A stretch of DNA of 46,599 nt, from positions 1 to 46,599 of the forward strand of contig JABANN010000258.1 of NCBI GenBank assembly GCA_013115125.1, read 5' to 3'. Made by a program: the position numbers and the translations under genes. The notes beneath the pieces were generated by a model that saw only the letters and a list, made by a program, of their open reading frames with translations, searched no databases and had not been told where the DNA came from. Shown here one piece after another: positions 1 to 13,802 of this stretch (the first letter of the stretch is position 1; every line of letters starts with the position of its first letter). Source of the stretch: Perkinsus olseni (lineage: Eukaryota).

Positions 1-18
1 ATGGCGCGCGACGATTTG

Positions 19-62
19 TACGTACAGATGTCAATACGTACGGATGAAAATACGTACAGATG
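19..62. repeat. Three copies of TACGTAC(A/G)GATG at a 16-bp period
   Basis: TACGTACAGATG 19-30, TACGTACGGATG 35-46, TACGTACAGATG 51-62. Confidence 0.85.
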
Positions 63-420
63 TAGGGCTACGCCGTTGGGTGCACGCGTGCACAGCTTCC
101 TGGCGCCCCTGAATCGCATACTACCGTATAGTTCGCCCTAGCGGCCGACTCGAACGTAGCATGGCGCCGCTGTTGAAGTGGCGTCGGGAGAGTGGAGAGA
201 TCAGATGCAGCTCAGCAGCCGCTCTCTGGCCGCAGTTCCGGCATGGAATCTCGATTGTGTCGCCTTTGACGACTCGTTGTCAAAGCTGCACTACTATAAC
301 CTGCCTCGATTATTAGCCTGTCAAAGGTGCTCGAGCTTGCTGTGTCCTTGGGTTCGACGATGGCGACTTGAAAGAGTCAGGTGGCGTCAGGGACTGAGCC
401 TTTCAGGAGTTCATTGTTGT

Positions 421-2345
421 ATGGACCCACCAAGAAGTAAAGTAGAAGACTTAGAAGCAGGCGGAGTGATGACCTCCGCCTATGATCTTCACTTTCCGCT
501 TCCCAAACGGTAAGCCGCACAGCCATTCAGTGCCCTCATCAGCTTGGTGCTCCTTCTCAGCGTACCGTCACTGGGGTGGAAGAAGATCAGCTTTTCCATT
601 GGCAAACGTGAAATTCTGAAGGATTGCTCTGGCATCATCAAACCAGGGGAGTTCACAGCCATTCTGGGCCCGTCGGGCTCGGGCAAGACGACCCTGATGA
701 ACATCCTCAGTGGGAGACAAGACCTTTCGAGTCGCAACAAGAAGTTCGAGGGCGTCGTTATGCTGGATCGACAGCCCACGGCGCCTTCCAAGTTCCGTGA
801 GAGCATCGCGTACGTGATGCAGGAGGATGCGCTGGTCTCGACCAGCACCCCTCGAGAGATTCTCGAATTTTCGGCAACTTTGAAACTGAATAAGGGCAAG
901 AGAGAGGTGAGCTCGTCTGTAGCATGGTCAACTGTGGTAGCCACGGCTGTTCTGTTCAGATCAAAACTATTGTTGATGACATGCTGGAGTATCTCCGTCT
1001 AAGTTCTTGCCAGAACACTATGGTCGGCAATCAGCTCACCCGAGGCATATCCGGGGGCGAGCGCAAGAGGACCTCGATCGGCGTGGAGCTGATCACTCAG
1101 CCAAGTATGATCTTCTTAGATGAGCCTCTGACCGGTCTGGACTCCTACGCGGCAGTGACAACTTCAAGGGTTCTCAGAGGGTTGGCCAAGCACGGAGTAA
1201 CCGTCCTCATGACGGTACATCAGCCCTCGAGTGAAGTGTTCGAGCTCTTCGACAGAGTTATGATCATCAACGATGGCCAAATCGCTTACCATGGGCCGAG
1301 GGCTTCTCTATCGGACTTCTTTTCGAAGCACGCAGGGTTGAATTGCCCACCTCATCACAACTTCGGAGACTTCGCCCTCTACACTCTCCAGACTGAGCCA
1401 CCTGAGGTCATCAGCCGCCTAGTGGACGGCTACAAGGCTGAGATCGCTGACAGTGACGCTAACATGTCCCCTGCCCAGGAAGGCGGCACGATCGAAGCAT
1501 CCACTAAGGTCCCCGGGACTCCACCGTATCACGCAGGCTTCCACAAGCAACTCCTCATGCTGTCAAAGCGCCAGTTGAGAAGTGTCGTGCGAGACCCAGG
1601 CATACTCATTATACGTTACGCCGTCATTCTCGTCACAGGCATCTTACTGGCGTGCATCTTCCATAACTCTGGTAGAGCGGCTTCGGAGATGTTCTGGCTG
1701 ACCAACCTCCGTCTTTTCCAGCCCTACTTCTCTGCTGTTGTCATCATGTGCTTGATGCAGCTCTTCGGGCCGGCCCAAACGGCGATCATCCGCTACCCAG
1801 AGCAGCGTATGGTCTTCTTGAGAGAGTACACCGGTGGCATGTACTCGGTCATTCCCTACGTCATATCAAAGACTATGGTTGAACTACCCCTAGCTCTGCT
1901 GGAGTGTTTCATCCACCTTGTAGTGTCTTACTGGATCATCAATTTTCAAGGGAACTTCTTCTTCTGGCTTCTGCTCACGTGGCTCCTCAACCTGGTCTCA
2001 TGCTCGCTCGCTCAGCTCTTGGGTGCTACAACCTCTACTATAAGCCGAGCCATGCAAATGATGCCTTTGCTCTTCATACCGCAGATCGCCTTCTCGGGGC
2101 TATTCATCAGCCTCGAGCATGTCCCGGTATGGCTTCGCTGGGGGCAGTATGTGTCGTATCTCAAGTACGGTGTTAACCTCGGGTACTTCGTCGAGTTCGG
2201 TTTCGATAAACCGGAATTAGCGGAGATTAACTCGATCGACTCAAGTCTGGTGGGCCTCGGTATCGGTGTCCTTCTCGGGATGCTCATCCTTTTTCGTACT
2301 TTGACCATAGTCGTGCTCAAGCGTAAGGCTCGCTTCGTGCAGTGA
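421..2345 (+). CDS. ABCG-family (White-like) half ABC transporter; exons 421-509, 561-906, 960-2345
   Basis: Walker A GPSGSGKTT, signature ISGGERKR, Walker B IFLDEP and H-loop TVHQP, then a C-terminal multi-TM domain (NBD-TMD order of ABCG). GT-AG introns 510-560 and 907-959 restore the frame. Confidence 0.95.
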
Positions 2346-3048
2346 TACGCTTGGCATGGGCTGGCGGTGTGGCGCTCACGAACGGCTCACCATTGCGGCA
2401 TACTGCAGCCGCTGGGTAAGTACCACATTTGCAACATTTCGTTATAAGTCCTGACAGTCCATTCGATGGCTACCTCGTACGGAGCTCCACGATGGCGTCC
2501 GATGTTTGTTGTCTAAGACGAGGCGGTTAGAGGCTGCATGAGCTTCTGTTCTCCGTTGGTCCTTGTAGCACTGCAGGTTAATCCTATCAACTCCAGTGAT
2601 GGAGGGGAGTCAGACGTTGTTCTGTTGTCCTGTGCTCGGGCTCGCATGGTGCATCGGGGCCCGAGCTGGTAGGCTCTTGCAGTGACTAGTTCCGTAAGGT
2701 TGTTCGTATCGCCGTCCGTTCATGTCTCGTTCTGGCGTCTGTCTTAAAGATGGACCATTCATATTTGTTTATTATGAACGACTTGTTGAACGACTTGAGA
2801 GACTTCGTTGGCGCTTGACAATTGAGCTTACAATCATCTTCTTCAATATAACCGTCGTTGCGTTCATGAGTTTCCGCTGGAGAGTCCAATCATGATTTCT
2901 CACGACCTACTCGTTCGAGTTCATCCCGTTCGGCATTCGGCGTGATAACGTTCGATTGTTTTGTCGGGGTTATTGTGAAATCGTCTCGAGTGGCTTTACT
3001 CCCGCCAAGACTAGCCTGTCAGGATGGTCGTGCTAACAGCTCGTAACT

Positions 3049-4780
3049 TTATAATCCTCCGGAAAGTACCATACGCAGAAGCGCATACTGCAGATAACTC
3101 AATCCATCTGACGTAGTGGAACAACTGATACATGTCCGCCAGAAGGTCACACCATTTTCGCCATAGTTGCAACTGCGCTGGTATCCGCTACCATAGCCAC
3201 GAATTCCTCGAGTGTCAATCCACCCTTGTCGGCGCGGTCGTGCTGATAAACCAATTCCTCGGCCTCCTAATAGTAGCACACTATTCCACGAGACCTGTCG
3301 GACGACCGACCTCCTCTGTCAGCTCAGTGCCAACCTTAACCATCATTGAACGGATATCTCCTGCAGTAACCATCTGCTTCGCTCCGCTGAGTAGTTGGTA
3401 GCCCGTCTTCAACTCCGCTGCCACGGTGTGGTGGGACGAACCGTTGTTGGGGTTCTGAGATTACCACTAGCCCATATAGCAGTCACAGCAGTCCGATAAT
3501 GTACCGTCAAATGCCGTTCCAAGAACTTTTCCAGATCATCTTTGAATATGCCAGGGAGCTCCTCTCCTGCGTTGGGCTGGGAGACTTCTTTTATCAGTTC
3601 GCTAATGTCCGCCGCGTCCGGCCTGAGACCTACACGGCGGGATTGCGATGATGGTTGAGGCCGATATCAAAGTGTTCACCTATTGAGGACAGAGCAACTG
3701 TGAGCTCTTCGGGTCCAATGAAACCATCCTCGTCTTGATCCAGCAGAGCGAAGCAATCGCTGTACCTTCGATTCATCGTACAAAGCGGCACCCAAGCAGG
3801 ACAACACCCGCATGTACTTCGACGTCTGTTCTGTCCGCTGCAATCGAGCCATGACTCTCGCACGTCGCATTTCCCCTCCCTGTGGTTGGGCCTCCGTCAC
3901 ATGCAGACGAGCCGCTCCGGATGGGCCGGACATGCACTCCGCTTCAGGAAAGGTATCGAGTTCAGTAAACCGGCGTGAAACTCGAGAGAAATCCCCGCAT
4001 AAAGTAGAAAGTTGTCTCTTCACACCAGCCGTAACATCGCAATGAACTCTTCCATGGTGAGGCCCCCGGGCACTGTTGAGCCGTACCTGCCCAGCGCACT
4101 AACACAATGGCGCTTCGAGATCATGACTCGTACGAGCGGATGAGGTCTTTGCAGGCCGCCATTGTTATCGGGAGTCCCATCGAGACCATACAGCGATGCA
4201 GGTTGGCGGCACTCAGTCGGGACTTCCTCGCCTCATTCTCGTCTCTTGTCAGTCTGTCCGAGAACTCAGGTTTTCATATTAGGCTCTCAACATAACCCTT
4301 TACGCTTGCCAAGTCTCGGTTAATGCTTCCCTTGTTGATGACAGATTGTCCGCGACGAGTCGGACGAGAACGTCCTCCGCTCTATCATCATCCCCTCCTT
4401 CGACCAGAGGCACTAGACTGCAGTACATGGCGGCGTGAGAGCATAAAGTTATCCAACCTCACCGAGCCGTCTCAGAGTATCATCAGTGATGTCCTCGCAA
4501 CCCACAGAGAGGAGCATCTTCTTCAAAATTGGCCTATCCACAGTGGCACTCTTATCCGACAATCGACCGTAACTGGGCAAAACGAAGTCACTCTTGCGAC
4601 TGACGCCCAGAAGGAAGACAAAAAGATAAATTACGCTGCTCTCAAGGAAGCGGCGACATCATCAGGTAAGGACAGCGCGTCCTTAGCAGTTGACTGCATT
4701 GCCGATACTCGTCGAAACGGAGACTATGAAGAGACGGACGACCCCCTCTTTCGATGCTTCCAACCTAGCGCCGGATTGAC
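3049..4780 (-). CDS. Multi-exon calmodulin-like EF-hand protein (ends approximate)
   Basis: EF-hand DCFALLDQDEDGFIGPEELTVAL; a spliced upstream segment reads RLSAANLHRCMVSMGLPITMAACKDLIRS/YGSTVPGGLTMEEFIAML. Confidence 0.6.
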
Positions 4781-4940
4781 GTAACACTATCCCACTGTTT
4801 TCAGGAGACCGAGTTCACACAACGGCACTTGCATGCAACAGACTAAAGTTGGGATGGCGTTGCCACGAATTACTCATGATCCAGCTGCTGCCGCCAATCC
4901 GACGCATTCGCCGACTTCTCCGCTGATACTACTGTCACGT

Positions 4941-5800
4941 TCAACTTGAGCGAATGACTTCAACACACGCACTCTCCCTGAAGGACCATTCTCGATCATG
5001 AGCCATCCCGTGATCAACCTTACTCGCCCGTTTCTGCTGAATGACCAGGACAAGACTGCCGACGGCCACTAGGAGGGAGAAGATGCCATTGCAGAACATC
5101 GAACCCGCTCCAAGCACACCGAAGGCGTATCTGGGACGAATGGCACCCAACCACCACCCGGCACAGCTTGAGAGCGGTACGTCAGGAGAAGTAACAGCAT
5201 AAGCCTCTTCACGGTCAGACCAACATCATCGGTAGTCAGCACTTCACAGTCGCTGGGCATCTGAACAGAGTAATCTCACTGAGGAATTGCAGAAGTCCAA
5301 AGGTGAAGTACTTGGGGGTGTCTGACTTTAAAACACGTCTGCTGGGCACCTGTCCATTTGGCTACAACACCATGCATCGCCACAGTCCACCTCACTGGCC
5401 AATGCCGCTTCATCTACATTTACGTCCTCTGTACCAGAGAACTCGTCATCAAAACCCTCCGTCACTTCATGACGACGAGGAAGAACGGGAGAGATCGCCG
5501 GACCTACGCGAGCGCACGCAAGCTCTACCCAACCAACGTGCTCGCCCCAGGCCATCCACCCTACTCCTCGCTCTTTGCAGAGCACCTTCGAGCTTGTCCG
5601 ATGAGAGCTGATCATCCCCACTTACAGACTCCCTTACCTTCGGTGAGTCGCCACTACCATTAAGACGTCTTCGCTGAGGCAAGCGGGAAAACCAGTCGTG
5701 ACCAAGAATACCACATCAGCTACTTTAGCGTCGTCTTGATCCGCGCATGGCGAGGCTCGTTTCCTCTCAACCATGATCTCCTCCTTTCGCGCATCTTCAG
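4941..5800 (-). CDS. Hypothetical multi-exon protein with a C-terminal hydrophobic segment (ends approximate)
   Basis: Hydrophobic stretch GIFSLLVAVGSLVLVIQQKR and apparent GT-AG junctions; no family recognised. Confidence 0.3.
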
Positions 5801-6789
5801 CTGACTCCGTCACCGCCTAAAGCAGCAAGAGCCTCAACACAGGATCAACGCGGCCGATCCACTTCCGGGGAGGATGGCTCGCACTGGTCGGGCTTTTGAT
5901 CTTCGCCGGCCTCGGGCTCGTCGACTCCCTTGGATGGCTCAGGCAATTCTACCGTCGGGCCTTGCGAGTGCCAGGCTATCACGGTACTAGCCGGTGTCGT
6001 CTGAGGGGCCAACGGGTGGTTGGCCATTCAACACAGAGACATACCTCAGACGATGGGACGGCATGTCGATCTTGGCTCCCCGCAGCTTCCACGTCCGGAG
6101 TTTCCACACCAACAGTACTCTCAGATTTGCCTCTCTTCTCAGTGTCCTTGCGTTCAGGGATGACTGCACGAGAACCAAGAATCGAGCCACCGAGTGATAG
6201 GATGTGCTCACCTTCGATAATCGGCATTTTCCCCGAGGCAACCTCACCACGGCCGGGCGGGACCACCGAGCTCACATTAGACCGCCAACTCCGGGCACTG
6301 TCAGGAGCGCTCGACTGAGACCCACTGGACTCGGCACGGATCGTAGCGGCACCGATGGCTCACGAAGAGACTCGGGGCGAAGGCGGAGGGCACCGGGGAC
6401 AGTAGATCTCCAAAAGCCGCTGCCATATCCCCACCGTCCTCTACACGAGCTGAAATTGGCCGTTGAACAAAGGCCCGACACAAGAGAGGTTTTACCTTCC
6501 TGAAGGGCTAGGAGGCATCTGTAGAGGGAGACCAGGGAATCATCAGGCCTAAGGACAATATAATTATCATACTGCGATTGTTGTTGGACCAGAGGCAACA
6601 CTTACACGGCGAAGACAGTAATCTTGCGGGGCTTGGCTCCTATCAGCAGCTCGGCGTCAAAGCACCGACTGGCCTCTACACCCGCACCACCGTACATCTT
6701 CCGACTCACCACACTCCCCTTCTAAATAATAATAAGTCAATTCTCTACTCTCTACATAAACGCTCACCTACCACACACTTGGCTTCATA

Positions 6790-9700
6790 GGCCGTAGCGG
6801 CTCTGGGATGATGCAGTCTGAATTTGGGAAGAGGCAACTTGACCTCCGCGGCAGCCGAGAAGAGCCGGTGGGAACGGTAAACCAGATAACTGCTACCTGC
6901 TATGAAGAGGAATGAAAGGACGGTGACTTCTCACTGGTGCCCACCTTGGACGGTCTCGATCCTGAAAGCCCGGACCTTCGGGCGGGAGGTGGTGGCTCCT
7001 AGCTTGAGGACGATGCCGCTACACTGAGCTGTCTCATCGTCCTCGACCTTGTTGGCGGTCATGGAAGCTGCTATTCTCGATAGAAGAGCTGGCATTGGAA
7101 GAGTCAACTAGAAAAAGGCGAGAGCGTTGGATGGCGAGGAGAAGACGGTAGTGCCTGAGCCGCAATGAGGGTGAAACCGCCAATCTTTTGGTTGCCTTCG
7201 CGCGCCTCGAAATCCTTTCCCGTGAGCTCGCTCGCCTCTTGCCCAATAGTCAACCCAAGCTCGTGAGGATAAGAAAACATCTGCCAGGTGGGGGCCTCTG
7301 AGTTTCGTGATGAATCATGAACAGTCGTCGGGGGCATCCGAATCAGTGCGTTTATCGAAGAGGCAGCTGATGCCGTCATCTGCGTACACGCTGCTGCTTG
7401 GGACGCTCTCCACTCGGCATTCCCTCTCGAGCTCACGGTCGATTTCCCTCCCAACCTTCTCCTCGGACCTGCCACAAAATATCACCGAATATACTCCGAA
7501 AGGGCCGCCACCTCTCCGTTGAGAGAGCTGCGAGCTCGTCATCCTCAACTGGGGCGGCCTGGGCCCGCGGAGTCGCAAGCTCCTCTTTCGCTTCTGCTCG
7601 GTAGAAGTGCAGCACGTCGCCGACTTGCCTCGAACTCGAGGGCTCGCTAGAGAGCGCAGCCTGACGGAGCAGGGTGGAGTGACACAAGGGAACCTCCTCA
7701 CCCACCTCCATTTGGCGAGGCATGATCACAGGCCGCAGCTGCTTCTCGAGAGTGAAAGGAGGAGGGGCCTGCAGACGCAGATGCATCGGACATCTCCTTC
7801 ATAGCACTCGGCCGCTGCCCACCCCTGCACGATCCACGTCAGAGTCCTCCGCCTCCTTATCACTGTGGTGTCGAAAGGCCGGACCCTCCATGCCGGGCAC
7901 CTCTTTCTCTGGACGATCAATAACGTCACCTGGCCAGAGGAGGACATAAGAGAACACGGAACTCGAGTACGCGTGACTTCTGTGAACGGGAGTGTCGGCC
8001 AACTGTCGTCGCAATGTCACAACTTCGCCCTCTAGTTGGGCGATCCGAGCATCTCGGCCCACCAGCAACTGAGGCAGACCCGCTCGCTGCGAGAGGGGCC
8101 TCGGTGGTGACGTCGAGTCACTTCCTCCACGATCTCCTTCGACACTCGGCCCTTCTCGACCGGCTCGCCCTCAGGAGCAGCCGCCGCCTGCATCAATCGC
8201 CGGTTCACAGCCTCTTCGTCCCGCAATCTGCCCATGAGCGTGTCGATCTCTTCGCCTGACCAGGAGATGACCACCGCACGACCGACTGAGTGTGGACTTC
8301 GGCGACTGATGGTTTGCTCGGCCGTCCTCAGCTTCTCCTCACTCTTCAACACATCTTCCTCGAGGCATTGCAACTTCGTGTCTCTCGCGGCAGCCTGACC
8401 AGACCAGCGTCGAGACGCGCAGCATCACCGCGTGGACGCCCCTTCTAGGAGCAATATCAGCACCCTCAAGATGCTGAGGGGATGGCCTTACTTCAGCAGC
8501 AGCGGACTTCTGGTCGTCAAGATACCTCCGCACAACCTCGGAGATCTTGTCCTGTTTGACGAGACTGATGATGTCGTCCATGGCGGCTCTCATCTTGGAG
8601 TTCTCCTCGAGGACCGCGGCACAGCGCTCTCCTGCCGGGCATCCTCGTCGGCAAGGTCGAGGCAGTAGTGGCCAGCCTACCACAGTGCCCAAGGGCCTCA
8701 TTCAGCTCAGCCACGCGCATCGCTCCGCCGCCAGTCCGTGCCTCGATTAGGGCATCTCGGAGGGCTTCCTTGTCCTGTCGGCAACAGCTGAAGGATCTTT
8801 ACACTCCCATGCCCAGCGGCCGACCTCATCCGCTGCTGCCTGGGTCGACCTAAGATTCTCCCTCATCGCCTCGTATTTGGCGGTCAATTGGATCTGAAGT
8901 TTCCCATTTTGAAGGCGGACGAAGGGGCAGCCGCGTACCAGCCTTTTCTGCATTGTGCGGTGCTGTCGATCAGCCGCCTCCAACGCCTCCAGGATCACCG
9001 CTACGGCCCGGCCGTCACCTGTACGACTAGGACTCGGCCACTGTGTTGCACCGCGGCAGCTACCATTCTTCTCAATGACTGAGGTCAGATCATCCCTCAA
9101 TCGCTCGAGGGCATCTGTGATGGGCGTGCTCAGCTTATCGTCCACAGCTCTACGCAGCACCTTGAGGTCGAGCGTGTAAGATTCAAAAAAGGTCGCGTAG
9201 CTGACACTTTTATGTTTTGCTGCTGCGCCCGAAGTTCCGTCAGAAGAGCGGTCCACCTCCTTTTGCAATTGGCCTCGGCTCGATCGGCCTCCCTCAGAGC
9301 CCACACCCCTTTCATCAGGTCAGCCACCACCGTCCCTGGCAGGCCTGCCCCACCAAGGACCTCTCTCCATGCCCCTCGCCACTCCCATTACCTCCATCGT
9401 CATCATCATCACCACCAACAGCGCCACGAAGACTCGAGCCACCGTCAATGGAGCCGTAGAGCATGCGAGACAGCGTGGTGATATCTGATAGCTCTCCTAG
9501 AATCCCGCCATGGAACCGACCATCATACCACTTCTTCTCGAAATCTCGGATGATGCATCGGACGCGCCAGCCGCTGGTAGAAGTCGATTGAAGCGTTCTC
9601 GATGAGAAGTGAGCTCCTTGATGACAGTAGTGAACGCCTGGGAAAGGAGTGCCCTGGTTCCGGTTAGAGCACAGCAACTACCTCTTCCTTCTCACGCACG

Positions 9701-11683
9701 GACTCGGGCACCACACCGGGCCTGCTCTTCTCGATGAGCAGATCCACTAGGTTACTCTGGATCTACAAGAAGCGATTCTCGAGAGCTCCGAGACGGCTGA
9801 ACCAACCCTGCCAACGTCGTCTCGGACCCTCGCCTCCCGCTCCTGCATAGTCATAGGTGCGGACATGTCAAGCCTTAGTAGTGATTCCATATCCGCCACG
9901 AACGCATCGTACTGTACCTACTGCGCGGCAGCGCAACACGCCGTCCCCTGGGTGAAGTCTCACCTGGCCAGCCTGATGATCTTCCATCGAGTGACGAGGT
10001 GACCTCACGCGGCCTCGGTCAGGGGACTCGGTCTTCATCCCTGGTCCACCAGGGTTATCGCCGCGTTGCCTGGGAGTCCCCGGTTGCTGAATTGTCCTCT
10101 CCGGCTCTCCCGGCGTGCCGCTCTGCGAGGGTCTTCCTCTGTGGTCCCCGTCTCCTCCAGAACCCTCCGAGCCGTGATGCGACGGGTCGGCAATGGACTG
10201 CCGCCACCGAGGACGATGACTTGGCTCGGCACTCCTCGACCGTGCAGGCGACCGCGGCCACTCCGGTGTGCTGGTGGATGACGCTCGTTGCCGCCGCCCA
10301 GCCGCGGTAGAAGGGGAGGCACTGAGCTGCCACGCAAAGGAACTCATGCACTCCAGCCCATGCGATGCCTACTGGGCGTCGACGAGCTCTCGGCCTCCTA
10401 GCCGCCGCGGCCTCCTGCAAAGTCCGAGGTGTGTCGACGCTTGTTCTGTTCGGGAATGGCAGAACTGCAGGGCAACTCTGCCGGCGGCAATACGGCATTA
10501 TGTGAGCTACCATTCTGACTGGACCGGGGAGGAGAATGGACCATCACTGCTGCTGCAGCGACGGGGGCCTCCAGATCACTCGAGGATACCTGTGGAGTCG
10601 TCAGCGCGCCTGCGTGGATCTTGCTGCGGCACCTGCTGTGGCACGGGTCTCTTCCTCGCCCGCCTCTCGTCGCCGTCATGCAGATCCAAGGAACCCCGCG
10701 CGTCCACCACGGTGGGCTTGCCAGCAGCTCCGTAAGTCCGCGACCCTAATGATCGACTATTTCCCTCCCCTGTCCGATCAGAACCCATTACTACTATTTT
10801 GTGCGGCCTCCGCCCCATCGTTAACCCCTGCTCCCATTGGATTGGGTGCCTGAGGGCGGGATCGACCCCCAGAGGTACCCTTATAACATGATTGTGGAAG
10901 TTGTGGTATCGAACAGATCAATCAATTGACGATGCGCGAGAACCTGCTACCAAACCAGGCAGCTTACTAAGAGCGTTTCGATCTTTCACGGATGGCGCTG
11001 ATCTCCACTGGAGATGTTCTCTGTTCCCGAAGGAAGTTCTCCTTGACGTCGGCGAGTAACCGAAAATTCACCGCTCAAAACGGTCAGCGAAGCCACCCGT
11101 ATTAACATCCATGCTTTTCCCGTTGAGAATTTGAGGAGACACTGTCCCGCTTCGATAACAAGGGTCCACATGACCAAAATATGATTGAACGCCTACCCGC
11201 CAAAGTAATGCTCGACCCGATGGAGACCCGAGCTCAACTAGGCCCTTACCTCGGTAGGCAGAGTAGACGGTATAAGGCCTGTGGCTTCGTACCGATACGT
11301 ATCCTTCTCGAACGCTGAGAACACTATTATGTCACCATTGATGAGCCTATGGGGTTGTCGAGGGTGGACTCGGATACCGTTAACGAAGGTGCCTGAGACC
11401 AGCTCCTCTGACCCCCCCCCTCCACTGGCTACTACCATTGACGCTGTTTTGATCAGTTATGGTGGCGAACTTCCTGGTTGCCGAGGACGTGCAGCTGTGG
11501 AACTCCAAGACCTGTTCGGACCATCAGAGGCACTCCACCGAAAATCTTCCGTACGGCTTGGTATCGCGATATACCCTTCGAGTCGAGTACGATGTCATTA
11601 TCAGCATCCCGTCCAATGCTTACAGTGAGCTCTTCTAACTCATACAGGGTGTGACGGCCTCTGAGTCGCCCATAAACGGGCAT
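6790..11683 (-). CDS. FHA-domain protein with a long low-complexity/coiled-coil C-terminus (may be two genes; 3' end approximate)
   Basis: FHA motifs VSIGRDADNDIVLDSKGISR ... GTFVNG ... LINGDIIVF from ATG 11683. Downstream exons give coiled-coil peptides (RDARIAQLEGEVVTLRRQL, CLEEDVLKSEEKL). The join to the exon at ~10850 through a ~400-nt intron is inferred. Confidence 0.6.
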
Positions 11684-11969
11684 TGGGGAAGCCCTCGTAA
11701 GGAAGAGGCGCCACCTGCTGTTGCTGCTTCCCTCAAGCACTACATCGCAAACGCAACACCCCTGGATCGTATCGTTGTTGCGATTGTCGAGTAATACGTA
11801 CAGTAGCAGTCATATGACGGAGTCGGGGACGATGTGTAACGCATCGAGAGAAAGAAAGAGAAGGAAATACCATCATACCGCACCTTCGCGGAATCGTGGC
11901 GAGGAATGCTGCCGAGGCCGCACATGATCGGCGCCCAGCTTGTTATTTACACTGAAGAATCGTGCTCGA

Positions 11970-12829
11970 TCACTCATCAGCTGATCGCTTCGACTTCTTG
12001 CTCTTCTTATGCTTCCTCTTAGGAGCCTCTTCATCTTCCTCCTCTTCCTCCACGACGATTGCCCTCTTCTTACGACTCTTCGATTCCTTCACCGCAGCTT
12101 CCTCCTCTTTGCGGTGCTTCCTGTACGCAGCAGACGCGGTGGCAGAGAGCCAAGAGCACCCACTTCCCTGTACTACTTCGACTTGTGCTTCTTTTTGCCA
12201 CTTTCCTTTTCCTCCTCCTTTTCAGAGGTCTCCTTCTTCTCGCTCTTCTTGGACGCAGCACGCTCCTGTCGCATTATCCGCCTGACGACGACCAGCATCA
12301 CAGAACTTCATAAATGCCACGTAACCCCACCGGAGTTTCCCTTTCTGCATGTCAGCTCGTTTGATGGCCGTCGTCCGTCCTCCTCCTCCTCCCTCTTCTT
12401 CGGAGGAATCATCAGAAGAATCCTCGCTCCCACTGCTCGTAGTGGCTACGGACTAAAGGAGAACCAAGGTCTCTTCTAGTAGCGCAAAAAAACATGGCGT
12501 ACCACAGCGAGCTTCTTGGCGATGGCGTTGTAACTATCAGCCCACCAGTTCTCCCACTCCGACGACTCCTTCTTTTCAAGCTCACTTCCCAACTAAAAAT
12601 ACCATCTTTTGACCAGATCCCAACGCGTTTCACGGATGCCACCTACCCCCTCATTCTCCTCGCGGCGTTTGATTTGCAGGCAATCGATCATGCCCTGTCC
12701 TTCCGCGCCGAGACCCTCACCGTTCTTCCAGCCGAATTTGCCCAGAATCTTAGCCCCGAGGTTGGATTCGAACTTTTTGGAAGTTACTCCACTTGATGTG
12801 ACTAAACGTTCGTAGTATTTTCTCGACAT
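11970..12829 (-). CDS. G-patch domain protein with a Lys/Glu-rich C-terminus (PINX1/Gno1-like RNA-processing factor)
   Basis: G-patch SNLGAKILGKFGWKNGEGLGAEGQGMIDCLQIKRREENEGVG near the N-terminus; K/E-rich tail ending SKKSKRSADE*. Confidence 0.8.
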
Positions 12830-13211
12830 TTTCTATTCAACAAGCAGCCAACTGAGATCAACCCGGCTTCCGAAAGATTCTCAAGACGTACCCTCCCCCG
12901 TAACTGATAACGAAGGCTATCGAAAACGAAAGCCCCTGCGTAAATCATCGGCTCAACGCCGAAGATGAACACAATATCGATTACAAAGGCGCGCGCTCTC
13001 GACGAACATCCGCAAAGATACGTTGGTTTCTCCGGGAGACGCTTGTGTCGAGATCCCTGGGGAGCAAGCTTAGCTTAAATTGCACAATGTCTATGATTTA
13101 TTCTTGTAGGAACCCTAGCCATCACCAGCACGTCGTTTGTCGTCTTGGATATGGAAAAGGAAAGGAAAAAGGATCCGATCTTTCTCAGTTACTCGATAAG
13201 TTTTATTCTCA

Positions 13212-13802
13212 ATGTTTGTTCAACAGAGCGCCCCCGACTTCGACTTGGTTGCTTGCATGCCCGATGATTCCTTCAAGCATGTAAAGCTCTCCGACTTCAA
13301 GGGCAAGTATGTCGTCCTGTTCTTCTGGCCCGGCGATTTCACTTTCGTCTGCGCCTCTGAGGTGATTGGCTTCCATGATAAGATGGCCGAGTTCGAAAAG
13401 CGCGGTGCCGTCGTTCTTGGATGCTCCACCGATTCAGCCGATGTCCACAAGGCCTGGAAACACACTGAGAAGAAGAATGGTGGTATTGGAACTCAGCTTT
13501 GCTACCCCATGCTCTCTGATCACACTCAAAAGGTGTCTCGTGAGTATGATGTCCTCCTCGAGAACGATGGTGTTGCTCTCCGTGGCGTCTTCATCATCGG
13601 CAAGGACGGCACCGTCCGCTCTGAGATGAGGAATGATCTTCCTCTCGGTCGTAACGTCGATGAGGTTCTCCGACTTCTTGATAGCGTCATCGAGACCGAT
13701 GAGCACGGTGTTGTCTGCCCCATGAACTGGCATAAGGGCAAGGATACTATGGTCCCTACCACCGAGGGTGTTGCTGATTATCTACTCAAGCATACCAACT
13801 AA
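13212..13802 (+). CDS. Typical 2-Cys peroxiredoxin (Prx1/AhpC subfamily), intronless copy 1
   Basis: PGDFTFVCASE peroxidatic motif, ALRGVFII, GRNVDEVLR and resolving VCPMNW. Confidence 0.97.
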   Translation: MFVQQSAPDFDLVACMPDDSFKHVKLSDFKGKYVVLFFWPGDFTFVCASEVIGFHDKMAEFEKRGAVVLGCSTDSADVHKAWKHTEKKNGGIGTQLCYPMLSDHTQKVSREYDVLLENDGVALRGVFIIGKDGTVRSEMRNDLPLGRNVDEVLRLLDSVIETDEHGVVCPMNWHKGKDTMVPTTEGVADYLLKHTN

